A DNA stretch of 64,000 nt, taken from Alphaproteobacteria bacterium (GTDB lineage Bacteria > Pseudomonadota > Alphaproteobacteria > UBA828). Below the pieces are notes generated by a model. The model ran no database searches, was not told the origin of the DNA, and was given only the letters and a program-made list of their open reading frames with translations. The stretch covers positions 2,400,001 through 2,464,000 of the forward strand of contig OZ243972.1 in the NCBI GenBank assembly GCA_965214705.1, read 5' to 3'. This document shows, piece by piece, positions 31,611 to 39,699 of this stretch. The stretch's first letter is position 1. The number at the start of each line of letters is the position of its first letter. Position numbers and translations under genes: made by a program.

Positions 31611-32111
31611 TTGGTCGCGACGCTGCAGCGGTGGGTGGGCGCGCGCGCCATCCCGCTCCTCGTCGCGGCGGCCAGCGCCGGCCTGCTGCTCGGCGCCTAT
31701 CTCTCCCAACATGTGGGCGAGCTTCATCCTTGTCCGCTCTGCCTGATTCAGCGCTATCCCCACTTCGCCGTCATTGGGCTGGGCCTCGTCGCCGCCATCG
31801 TCGCGGGCGGCCGGGCGCGGATGGCGCTGCTCGCGCTCTGTGGCCTCGCGCTCCTGGTGACGACCGGCTATGGCGTCTACCATGTCGGCGTCGAGCAGGG
31901 CTGGTTCGCGAGCGCGTGCGCCGCGCCGATGAGCGGCGGCACCATCGAGGACATCAGGGCCCAGGTCATGAACGCGCCGCTCACCCGCTGCGACGAGGTT
32001 CCCTGGTCGCTGATCGGCGTCTCGCTCGCGGGCTGGAACGCCATCGCTTCCGCCGTCATGGCGATAGTGGCGGCCTTCGGCGCGGTCCGGCTGTGGAGGG
32101 CCGGCACATGA
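31611..32111 (+). CDS. Disulfide bond formation protein DsbB family
   Basis: PCPLCLIQR, YHVGVE, second Cys pair, four TM helices. Confidence 0.87.
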   Translation: MVATLQRWVGARAIPLLVAAASAGLLLGAYLSQHVGELHPCPLCLIQRYPHFAVIGLGLVAAIVAGGRARMALLALCGLALLVTTGYGVYHVGVEQGWFASACAAPMSGGTIEDIRAQVMNAPLTRCDEVPWSLIGVSLAGWNAIASAVMAIVAAFGAVRLWRAGT

Positions 32112-32692
32112 ACGAAGACGTGACGCGCGAAGACGCCCGGCCCGCCGTCACCGGCGAGGACCGGCTGCCCGGCGACCCGACCCGTGAAGAGATGATCGCC
32201 CGCATGATCCGGGTCGATCACGCCGGCGAGTACGGCGCCAAGCGGATCTACGACGGCCAGCTCGCGGTCCTCGGCCGCAGCGGCGCCGCGCCTGCGATCC
32301 GCGCGATGGCCGAGGCCGAGCAGGCGCATCTGGACGCCTTCGACAATCTGCTGGTCGAGCGCCGGGTGCGACCCACCGCTCTCTCCCCGGTCTGGCATGT
32401 CGCGGGCTATGCGCTGGGCGCAGCGAGCGCGCTGCTGGGCGAGCGGGCGGCGATGGCGTGCACGGTCGCGGTCGAGGAGGTGATCGAGCAGCACTACGCG
32501 GGCCAGGCGGAACGCCTCGGCGAGGACGAGGCCGGGTTGCGACAGACGCTCGAGGAATTCGGCGCCGACGAGGCCCGGCACCGCGAGACCGGTCTCGCCC
32601 ACGGGGCCGAGCGGGCGCCCGGCTACGAGGCACTCTCCGCCGCGGTCAAGCGCGGCACCCGGCTCGCAATCTGGCTTTCGGAACGAATTTAG
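32108..32692 (+). CDS. coq7: Demethoxyubiquinone hydroxylase (di-iron)
   Basis: MIRVDHAGEYGA.RIY.GQ, CTVAVEEVI.QHY, DE.RH. Confidence 0.92.
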   Translation: MNEDVTREDARPAVTGEDRLPGDPTREEMIARMIRVDHAGEYGAKRIYDGQLAVLGRSGAAPAIRAMAEAEQAHLDAFDNLLVERRVRPTALSPVWHVAGYALGAASALLGERAAMACTVAVEEVIEQHYAGQAERLGEDEAGLRQTLEEFGADEARHRETGLAHGAERAPGYEALSAAVKRGTRLAIWLSERI

Positions 32693-32833
32693 AGCGGTCT
32701 TCCTGCCGGGATCGCGGACCGCTCTCGGCACGCAATGTGAGCGGCGCACGCCAAGCCTCTCCTTCCTGCCGAGCATCGCGACAGAGGAGGAGGGCAGCGG
32801 CCAGACATTCTGCCGATCGCCGGGGCCTGCTGC
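32691..32833. repeat. Three consecutive hairpins with related loops, between convergent genes
   Basis: AGAGCGGTC/GACCGCTCT stem plus two further stems, each enclosing TT(C)CTGCCG...ATCGC. Confidence 0.45.
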
Positions 32834-32853
32834 GGTCTCCGTGAACCGACGAG

Positions 32854-33885
32854 TCAGACCGCGCGGGCGGCGTCGACGAGGCGGGCGAGCTTGGCGCGCG
32901 CGAGTTCGGAGCCCAGCATGATCAGCCCGCAGTCGGGCGCAGCCACCAGCCGGTCGGCATCGATATGGTCGAGCGCCGCGCGCAGGCGCGTGACGATCTC
33001 GTCCACTGTCTCCACCCGGCTGGAGGCGATCTCGACCACGCCCAGGATGACCGTGGTGCGCGAGAACGTGTCCAGCAGGGAAAGATCGTTGTGCCGGTGC
33101 GCGTCCTCGATGGAGACCGCATCGACGATGCTGGCTTCCAGCGCGCCGGCGAGCCGCCGGTAGACCTCCGGGTCGGCCTTCACGTAGTCGGTCTCGTCCA
33201 GCTTGTCGGGATAGCCGCAGCACATGTGCATGGTGCGGGTCACGCCGGCGGGCAGGCCGTGGAAGCACCGTTCGAGGGTTTCGATCCCGAAGTCGAGCGC
33301 CTGGTCCGGCAGGCGGGCGAAGAGCGGCTCGTCGACCTGAATGTGGCGGCATCCGGCGTCGGCCAGGCGCCTGATCTCCACGTTGAGGGCATCGGCCAGC
33401 GCGGCGCACCAGGACCGGCGGTCGGGGTTGACCACGTTGGCGGTCGAGTCCGCGATGGTGAACGGTCCGGGAACGGTGATCTTGACGGGCCTATCCGTCG
33501 CCGCCTGCGCGATCTCCCAGTCGCGCACCAGGAAGGGCTCGCGCGCAGCGACCTTGCCCGTGAAGGTAGGGGCCTCGGCGGTCCAGGCGCCGCCCCGCAT
33601 GGTGCACTCGGTCAGCGTATCGGGCTCGAAGCCGTCGAGATGGCTGCAGTGATAGTGGATGTAGTTCCCGCGCCGCATCTCGCCGTCGGTCGGGATGTCG
33701 ATCCCCATCGCAACTTGCTCGGCGACGACCTCCCGCGTGGCTCGGTCGAATGCGGCCTGTCGCTCCTCTGGCGAAAGGGCCTCATCCTCGACCTCGCCGG
33801 CCTCGACGTCCTCGTGCATCCAGGCCAGGCGCGGCACGTAGGGCGGCTTGGGGTAGGAGCCGATGCAGGTGGTCAGGAGCGGCAC
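32854..33885 (-). CDS. Cobalamin-independent methionine synthase II family protein (single barrel)
   Basis: IGSYPKP, TDGEMRR, K...PGPFT, IQVDEP, Zn ligands HMC and PDCG. Confidence 0.85.
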   Translation of the reverse strand: MPLLTTCIGSYPKPPYVPRLAWMHEDVEAGEVEDEALSPEERQAAFDRATREVVAEQVAMGIDIPTDGEMRRGNYIHYHCSHLDGFEPDTLTECTMRGGAWTAEAPTFTGKVAAREPFLVRDWEIAQAATDRPVKITVPGPFTIADSTANVVNPDRRSWCAALADALNVEIRRLADAGCRHIQVDEPLFARLPDQALDFGIETLERCFHGLPAGVTRTMHMCCGYPDKLDETDYVKADPEVYRRLAGALEASIVDAVSIEDAHRHNDLSLLDTFSRTTVILGVVEIASSRVETVDEIVTRLRAALDHIDADRLVAAPDCGLIMLGSELARAKLARLVDAARAV

Positions 33886-33915
33886 GCAAACAGTGATCGT
33901 GGCGAAGAGTGCGGG

Positions 33916-34704
33916 TCAGCGGCCCGTGAACTTCGGCGGGCGCTTCTCCATGAAGGCGGTGCGGCCCTCGGTGTAATCCGCGCTGGTGAAGCAGGCCGTC
34001 ACCAACTCGTCGCAGAGCGCCGGGTCCACCCCCTCGGCGCCGCTCCGTGCGAGCTCGGCGATCATGCGCTTGCTCGCGCGCATGGAGAGCGGCGCGTTGG
34101 CGGCGATGCCCGCGCAGTAGCCCTCGACGGTCTCGTTCAGCGAGTCGTCGGGTACTGCCTGGTTGACGAGGCCGATACGCTCGGCCTCTGCGGCGTTGAA
34201 GCGCCGCGCGGTGATCAGGATCTCCTTGGCGAAGGCCGGGCCCACGAGATCGGTCAGCAGCTTGAGCGAGCCGATACGGTAGCCGACCCCGAGCCGCGCC
34301 GCCGGGATCGCGAAGGTGGCGCCGGCGCCGGCGATCCGCATGTCGCAGGCGATGGCGAGGCCCAGCCCGCCCCCCATGCAATAACCCCGGATCATGGCGA
34401 TGGTCGGCCGGTCCGCGTTGCGCAGCCGTTGGGTCGCGCCTTCCGCGAGCTCGTCGTAGGCCGCGACCGCGTCCTCGCTTGCGCGCTCGGTCGCGAACTC
34501 CGAGATGTCCGCGCCCGAGACGAAGGCCTTCTGGCCCGCGCCCTTGAGCACGATCACCCGGATCGCCGGGTCCGCCTCCAGCCGGTCGAGCGCCTCGGGC
34601 AGCGCGCGCCACATGGCGACCGAGAGCGCGTTATGCTTCTTCGGGTTGTTGAAGGTGATCCAGCCGACGGCGTCGGCGGACTCGACAAGCAGTTGATCGG
34701 TCAT
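33916..34704 (-). CDS. Enoyl-CoA hydratase/isomerase
   Basis: AFVSGADI, GYCMGGG, DYTEG..AF.EKR.P.F.GR. Confidence 0.9.
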   Translation of the reverse strand: MTDQLLVESADAVGWITFNNPKKHNALSVAMWRALPEALDRLEADPAIRVIVLKGAGQKAFVSGADISEFATERASEDAVAAYDELAEGATQRLRNADRPTIAMIRGYCMGGGLGLAIACDMRIAGAGATFAIPAARLGVGYRIGSLKLLTDLVGPAFAKEILITARRFNAAEAERIGLVNQAVPDDSLNETVEGYCAGIAANAPLSMRASKRMIAELARSGAEGVDPALCDELVTACFTSADYTEGRTAFMEKRPPKFTGR

Positions 34705-34716
34705 GTCATTCCCACG

Positions 34717-35910
34717 TTAGACAACGCCCCGGCTCCGCAAGTCCTCGATTTCCGCCGCACCGTAACCGAGAGCCCCCAGGATTTCGTCGGTGTGAGCGCC
34801 GAGCTCGGGCGTCGCGCCATGCACGTTGAACGGCGTGCGGCTGAGCCGGGCCGCCTGGGAGACGATGCGCGTCGGCCCGAGGGCCGGGTGCTCCACGGGA
34901 TGCGCCATGCCGAGGTGCTGTACCTGCGGGTCGTCGAACATCTCGTCGATGGCGTAGATCGGCCCGCACGGCACGCCGGCCCCGTTGAATGCCTCCACCC
35001 ATGCCGTGCTCGGCTTCGTGCGCGTGCGCTCGTTGATGAGCGCGTTCAACTCCACGCGGTTCTCGGAGCGGCCGTCGCCGGTCGCGAAGCGCGGGTCGGT
35101 GATCAGCTCCGGCATACCGAGCGCCTCGCATAGGCGCTCGTAGATGGCGCCGCCGGAGGTCGCGATGTTGATGTAGCCGTCGGCAGTCTCGAACACGCCT
35201 GTCGGGATGCTCGTCGGGTGGTCGTTGCCGGCCTGGCCGGGTGGCACGCCCTCGAACAGGTAGCGCGCGGCCTGGAAGTCGAGCTGCGCGATCATCGCCT
35301 GCAGCAGGGAGGACTGCACCCACTGCCCTTTGCCCGAGTGCTCGCGCTCCAGCAGGGCGACGAGGATACCGATGGCGGTGTAGAGCCCGGCGCTCAGGTC
35401 CGCGACCGGGATGCCGACCCGCATCGGCCCCCGGCCGGGCTCGCCGGTGATCGACATGAGCCCGCCCATGCCCTGGGCGATCTGGTCGAAGCCCGGCCGC
35501 TTGGCATAGGGGCCGTCCTGGCCGAAGCCCGAGAGGCTGGCATAGACGAGGCGGGGGTTGAGCGCGCTCAGGGTCTCGTAGTCGACGCCGAGCCGGTGCT
35601 TCACGTCGGGCCGGTAGTTCTCCACCACCACGTCGGCGGTCTCCGCCAGCCGCTTGAAGATGGCGACGCCGTCGGGCTCCTTGAGGTTGAGCGTGAGGCT
35701 CCGCTTGTTGCGGTGCAGGTTCTGAAAGTCCGGGCCATGCCGGGCCTTGATGGGATCGCTCGCCGTCCCCGGCGTATCCGGCGCCTCGATCTTGATCACG
35801 TCGGCGCCCCAGTCCGCGAGCTGGCGCGCCGCGGTCGGCCCCGCCCGGTAACGGGTGAGATCGAGCACGGTGTAGCGCGCGAGCGCGCCGTCTGCGGGAG
35901 GATGCGTCAT
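34717..35910 (-). CDS. CaiB/BaiF family III CoA transferase
   Basis: AGP..ARQLADWGADVIKIE, RNKRS, ENYRP, GFDQIAQG. Confidence 0.92.
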   Translation of the reverse strand: MTHPPADGALARYTVLDLTRYRAGPTAARQLADWGADVIKIEAPDTPGTASDPIKARHGPDFQNLHRNKRSLTLNLKEPDGVAIFKRLAETADVVVENYRPDVKHRLGVDYETLSALNPRLVYASLSGFGQDGPYAKRPGFDQIAQGMGGLMSITGEPGRGPMRVGIPVADLSAGLYTAIGILVALLEREHSGKGQWVQSSLLQAMIAQLDFQAARYLFEGVPPGQAGNDHPTSIPTGVFETADGYINIATSGGAIYERLCEALGMPELITDPRFATGDGRSENRVELNALINERTRTKPSTAWVEAFNGAGVPCGPIYAIDEMFDDPQVQHLGMAHPVEHPALGPTRIVSQAARLSRTPFNVHGATPELGAHTDEILGALGYGAAEIEDLRSRGVV

Positions 35911-35943
35911 CGGAGGCCGTTCAACCGCTATTGTAGAACGCGC

Positions 35944-36843
35944 TCACTCTTCGGAAAAATCGCGGACCGCACTGTCGAAGCGCCCGTAGTCCGCATAGTC
36001 CACGATGTCATAGAGGTGCGCCCGGGTCATCATGCGGGGCACGAGGCCCGGCTGGTCGTCGCGCTCGTCGAGGTCCCGGAGCCCGTCCTCCACGGCCTTC
36101 ATGGCGAGCCGGAAGGTCGTCACCGGGTAGATCACCAGGTTGTAGCCGAGCTCCGCCAGCGTCTTGCGCGAGAGCAGGGGCGACTTGCCGAACTCGGTCA
36201 TGTTGGCCATGAGCGGCGCGTCGATGGCGGCGCGGAAGGCCTCGAACTCGCGCTCGTCCTGCAGCGCCTCGGGGAAGATCATGGCCGCGCCAGCATCGAC
36301 GTAAGCCTTCGCCCGGTCGATGGCCTTCACCAGCCCCTCGGGTCCGCGCGCGTCGGTGCGGGCGATGAGCAAAAAATCCGGGTCGCTTTGGGCCTCGGCC
36401 GCGGCGCGCACGCGGCGCACCATCTCCGCCGTCGGCACCAGGGTCTTGCGGTCGAGATGGCCGCAGCGCTTCGGGCTCTCCTGGTCCTCCAGGTGGCAGC
36501 CGGCAAGCCCGGCCTCCTCGAGCAGCGCCACGGTGCGGGCGGCGTTGAGTGGCGCGCCGAATCCGGTGTCGACATCCACGATGACGGGAAGCGTGCAGGC
36601 CCGCACGATCGCCTGCGCCCGGGCGATCACCTCGCTCTGCGTCACCAGCCCGATGTCCGGCAGGCCGAGATCGGCAGCCAGCGCCGCCCCGGAGACGTAG
36701 ACCCCGTCGAAGCCCTGGCGCTCGATCAGCTTCGCCACGATCGGCGCAAATGCGCCAGGGAAGCGCAGCAATGCGCCGCTCGCGAGCGCCTTGCGCAGCG
36801 CCCGCCGGCGCGCGGGCGCAGGCACGTCTGCGGCCCCGATCAC
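35944..36843 (-). CDS. prpB: Methylisocitrate lyase (ICL/PEP-mutase family)
   Basis: DVDTGFG, EDQ..PKRCGH, ANMTEFGK. Confidence 0.8.
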   Translation of the reverse strand: MIGAADVPAPARRRALRKALASGALLRFPGAFAPIVAKLIERQGFDGVYVSGAALAADLGLPDIGLVTQSEVIARAQAIVRACTLPVIVDVDTGFGAPLNAARTVALLEEAGLAGCHLEDQESPKRCGHLDRKTLVPTAEMVRRVRAAAEAQSDPDFLLIARTDARGPEGLVKAIDRAKAYVDAGAAMIFPEALQDEREFEAFRAAIDAPLMANMTEFGKSPLLSRKTLAELGYNLVIYPVTTFRLAMKAVEDGLRDLDERDDQPGLVPRMMTRAHLYDIVDYADYGRFDSAVRDFSEE

Positions 36844-36983
36844 GCGGCGCCTCCCACCGTCCGGCGGGCCCCGCGCGCTAGTGTGCGGCGCCGCATCCGA
36901 TGGTATATGGTGCGCCGGGCCGCCCGGCGACGGGCGGGCAAGGGAGTTGCGCGCGCAGTGCTGCGGGACATGGGAGGAGATCG

Positions 36984-38087
36984 ATGAAGCTGGGCCTGTT
37001 CATGATGCCGATCCACAACCACACGAGGGACTATCACACGACCCTCATGGAGGATATCGAGGCGATCGTCCATGCCGACAGCCTCGGCTTCTCGGAGGCC
37101 TGGGTCGGCGAGCACTACAGCTCCAAGTCGGAGCAGATCACCTCGCCGCTGCTCTTCCTCGCGCATGTGCTGCCGCACACCAAGCAGATCGTCGCCGGCA
37201 CCGGCGTCATCTGCCTGCCCCAGTACCACCCGGCGGTGACGGCCGGGCAGATCGCCATGTTCGATCACCTGGCGAAGGGGCGCTACATCGCGGGCCTCGG
37301 CCCCGGCGGGCTGCCGCCGGACTTCGAGATTTTTGGCGTCATGGACGCGGACCGCAACTCGATGATGATCGAGGCCATCGATATCATGGTCGATATCTGG
37401 ACCTCGGATCCGCCCTACAAATACGACGGCAAGCACTGGCAGATCTCCCTCAAGGACTGGGTCCACGAGGATATCGGGCTCGGCTACATGGCCAAGCCCT
37501 ATCAGAAGCCCTATCCGCCCATCGCGATCTCGGCGATGAGCCCGTTCTCGGGCTCGATCAAGTTCGCGGGCTCGCGCGGCTACATTCCGATCTCGGCCAA
37601 CTTCATCGGCACCTGGTCCGCCAAGTCCCACTGGCAGGTCTATGCTGACGCAGCGGCCAAGGCGGGCCATTCGACCGATCCGGAGATCTGGCGCGTCGCC
37701 CGCAACGTCCACGTGGACGAGACCGACGAGGCGGCCGAGGCCTTCGTCAAGAAGGCCGATGACAGCACCGACTGGTACTTCAGCTACCTCTTCCGGATCT
37801 TCGAGCGCGCCGAGATGAAGGGGCCCTTCGTGGTCAACCAGGGCGACGATCCGGCCGAGCTCACCCACGAGTCGATCCGCGACAACTACACGATCTACGG
37901 CAGCCCGGAGACGGTGGCCGAGAAGATCCTGGCGTTGCGCGACCAGATCGGCCACTTCGGCACGCTGATGCTGACCGCGCAGGACTGGACCGACAAGGAG
38001 CGGATGAAGCGCTCCATGTCGCTGCTCGCCGACGAGGTCATGCCCAAGGTCAACGCCGCCATCGGCACGCAGGCGGCGGCGGAGTAG
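36984..38087 (+). CDS. LLM class flavin-dependent oxidoreductase
   Basis: MKLGLFMMP.H, EAWVGEH, FDHL.KGR, GSPETV; GGAGG SD upstream. Confidence 0.88.
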   Translation: MKLGLFMMPIHNHTRDYHTTLMEDIEAIVHADSLGFSEAWVGEHYSSKSEQITSPLLFLAHVLPHTKQIVAGTGVICLPQYHPAVTAGQIAMFDHLAKGRYIAGLGPGGLPPDFEIFGVMDADRNSMMIEAIDIMVDIWTSDPPYKYDGKHWQISLKDWVHEDIGLGYMAKPYQKPYPPIAISAMSPFSGSIKFAGSRGYIPISANFIGTWSAKSHWQVYADAAAKAGHSTDPEIWRVARNVHVDETDEAAEAFVKKADDSTDWYFSYLFRIFERAEMKGPFVVNQGDDPAELTHESIRDNYTIYGSPETVAEKILALRDQIGHFGTLMLTAQDWTDKERMKRSMSLLADEVMPKVNAAIGTQAAAE

Positions 38088-38118
38088 GGCCGCCGCTCTC
38101 GCGCCGGGAGGGCGGGCG

Positions 38119-38847
38119 ACGACCGATTACGCCCTCATCACCGGCGGCGCGCGCGGGATCGGCCGGGCGACGGCGGCCCGGCTCCGCGCCGAGGGCTGCC
38201 GGGTCGTGGTCTTCGACCGCCTGGAGCCGGAAGACCCGGTGGACGAATTCGTGGCGGTGGACCTCGCCGACACCGAGGCCACCGCGCGGGCGCTGGAGCA
38301 GGCGCTTGCCGGGCGCACCATCACGCGGCTGGTCAACAACGTGGGTGCCGTGCGGCCTGCGCTGCTGGGGGACGCGACCCTCGACGACTTCGACTACCTG
38401 ATGGCGCTCAACGTGCGCTCGGCAATCCAGTGCACCAAGGCGGTGGCACCGGGGATGCGGGCTGCCGGCTTCGGGCGCATCGTCAACGTCTCCAGCCGCT
38501 CGGTGCGCGGCAAGGAGCTTCGCACCAACTACGCCGCGACCAAGGCGGCGCTGATCGGGCTCACGCGCACCTGGGCGCTGGAGCTCGGCGCCGACGGCAT
38601 CACGGTCAACTGCATCTGCCCCGGCCCGACGGCGACCGAGCTTTACGTCGAGGCCAACCCGCCGGATTCGCCCCGCACCAGGGCCGCGCTCGCCGCGATC
38701 CCGGCCGGCCGCATCGGCACGCCCGAAGACATGGCCCACGCCATCGCCTTCTTCTTCGACGAGCGGAGTTCCTTCGTCACCGGGCAGGCGATCATGGTCT
38801 GCGGCGGCTCCAGCCTCGGCGCCCGCGAGAGCTACGCACCGGCGTGA
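38119..38847 (+). CDS. SDR family oxidoreductase; predicted start codon is ACG
   Basis: TGGARGIG, VNNVG, YAATK, CPG; the frame extends 5' of the ORF-track start to ACG-ACC-GAT behind GGGAGG. Confidence 0.8.
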   Translation, partial: TTDYALITGGARGIGRATAARLRAEGCRVVVFDRLEPEDPVDEFVAVDLADTEATARALEQALAGRTITRLVNNVGAVRPALLGDATLDDFDYLMALNVRSAIQCTKAVAPGMRAAGFGRIVNVSSRSVRGKELRTNYAATKAALIGLTRTWALELGADGITVNCICPGPTATELYVEANPPDSPRTRAALAAIPAGRIGTPEDMAHAIAFFFDERSSFVTGQAIMVCGGSSLGARESYAPA

Positions 38848-38855
38848 GCCGCTGA

Positions 38856-38886
38856 CCTACACCGGGCAGATGAAGCTGCCGGTGCC
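38856..38886 (-). repeat. Direct repeat of the amidohydrolase 3' end (copy of 39699-39729)
   Basis: 28/31 identical; encodes GTGSFICPV* versus GTGSFIRPV*. Confidence 0.85.
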
Positions 38887-38895
38887 AGAAACGGA

Positions 38896-39333
38896 TCAGG
38901 CGGCCTCGTCGACGGTAACGGTCACGCATTTCCCAAGTCGGCGCAGGGCGCGGTCCATGGTTGCGGCCTTGGTGCTGTGCTCCGGGTTCAACATGCGCCG
39001 CACCTCGCTCTCGGCAACGTCGAGATCGCGAGCGAGGCGGCGTTGCGAAATCCCGGCCTGGCGCCACGCCTCATAAAGGGCCGCCTTCAACGCGATTTGC
39101 ACCGGCGGGACGACAAGAGGTCTCCGCTTACCGGCGCGCGACGGCTCGGGGAGGTCCTCGCCCTCCCGAATCGTGGTTGCGATCAGCTCGCGCAACAAGT
39201 CCTTGGCTTCGAGGAGCGCCTCGTCGCGCGTGGCGCCGTCCGTCGCGCCCCATCCGAAATCGGGGAACGCGACGACATACCGCCCGTCCTCGTCGCGTTC
39301 GATCTCGGCAGGATAGTGGTAGGTGTCAGGCAT
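38896..39333 (-). CDS. hicB: HicB family antitoxin with C-terminal HTH
   Basis: YVVAFPD...ATDG.T.DEAL, then HTH ISQRRLARDL; downstream of hicA. Confidence 0.88.
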   Translation of the reverse strand: MPDTYHYPAEIERDEDGRYVVAFPDFGWGATDGATRDEALLEAKDLLRELIATTIREGEDLPEPSRAGKRRPLVVPPVQIALKAALYEAWRQAGISQRRLARDLDVAESEVRRMLNPEHSTKAATMDRALRRLGKCVTVTVDEAA

Positions 39334-39372
39334 TCGTTCGGTCTCCGGGGACGCTCGCGTCGTTCCGTCCCC

Positions 39373-39585
39373 CTAGAATTCGTCTTTGTCGATCCCAAGG
39401 TCGGTGAGCATCTTGGCGAGCAGTCCCTTGCCGATGTCCTTCTTCCGGTCCTTCACGGTCGTCTTGTGTTCACCCGCATAGAGCGTTCCATGCGAACCGG
39501 CTCCTTCGGATGCGACGAAGCGCACCTCAATATTCCGGCGCCTCGCCCACCTGCGCACTCTCGCAATGAACTGCCTCCCGTTCAT
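39373..39585 (-). CDS. hicA: HicA family mRNA interferase toxin
   Basis: 70-aa basic protein with GSH motif and I.KGLL..ML.DLG. Confidence 0.85.
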   Translation of the reverse strand: MNGRQFIARVRRWARRRNIEVRFVASEGAGSHGTLYAGEHKTTVKDRKKDIGKGLLAKMLTDLGIDKDEF

Positions 39586-39620
39586 GCCGCGACAGTGTGG
39601 GATGTCGCCAGCATCGGTCA

Positions 39621-39649
39621 ATGATAAATGCGCACATTTTTGTGCGCAA
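39621..39649 (-). promoter_or_regulatory. hicAB promoter with overlapping palindromic operator
   Basis: TTGCGC-N17-TATCAT on the minus strand; perfect inverted repeat TGCGCACA-N4-TGTGCGCA at 39629-39648. Confidence 0.7.
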
Positions 39650-39699
39650 CAGTTCAATCCCGGCGACAACTCGGGTCAAATGTGCTGGAGCACTCTTTC

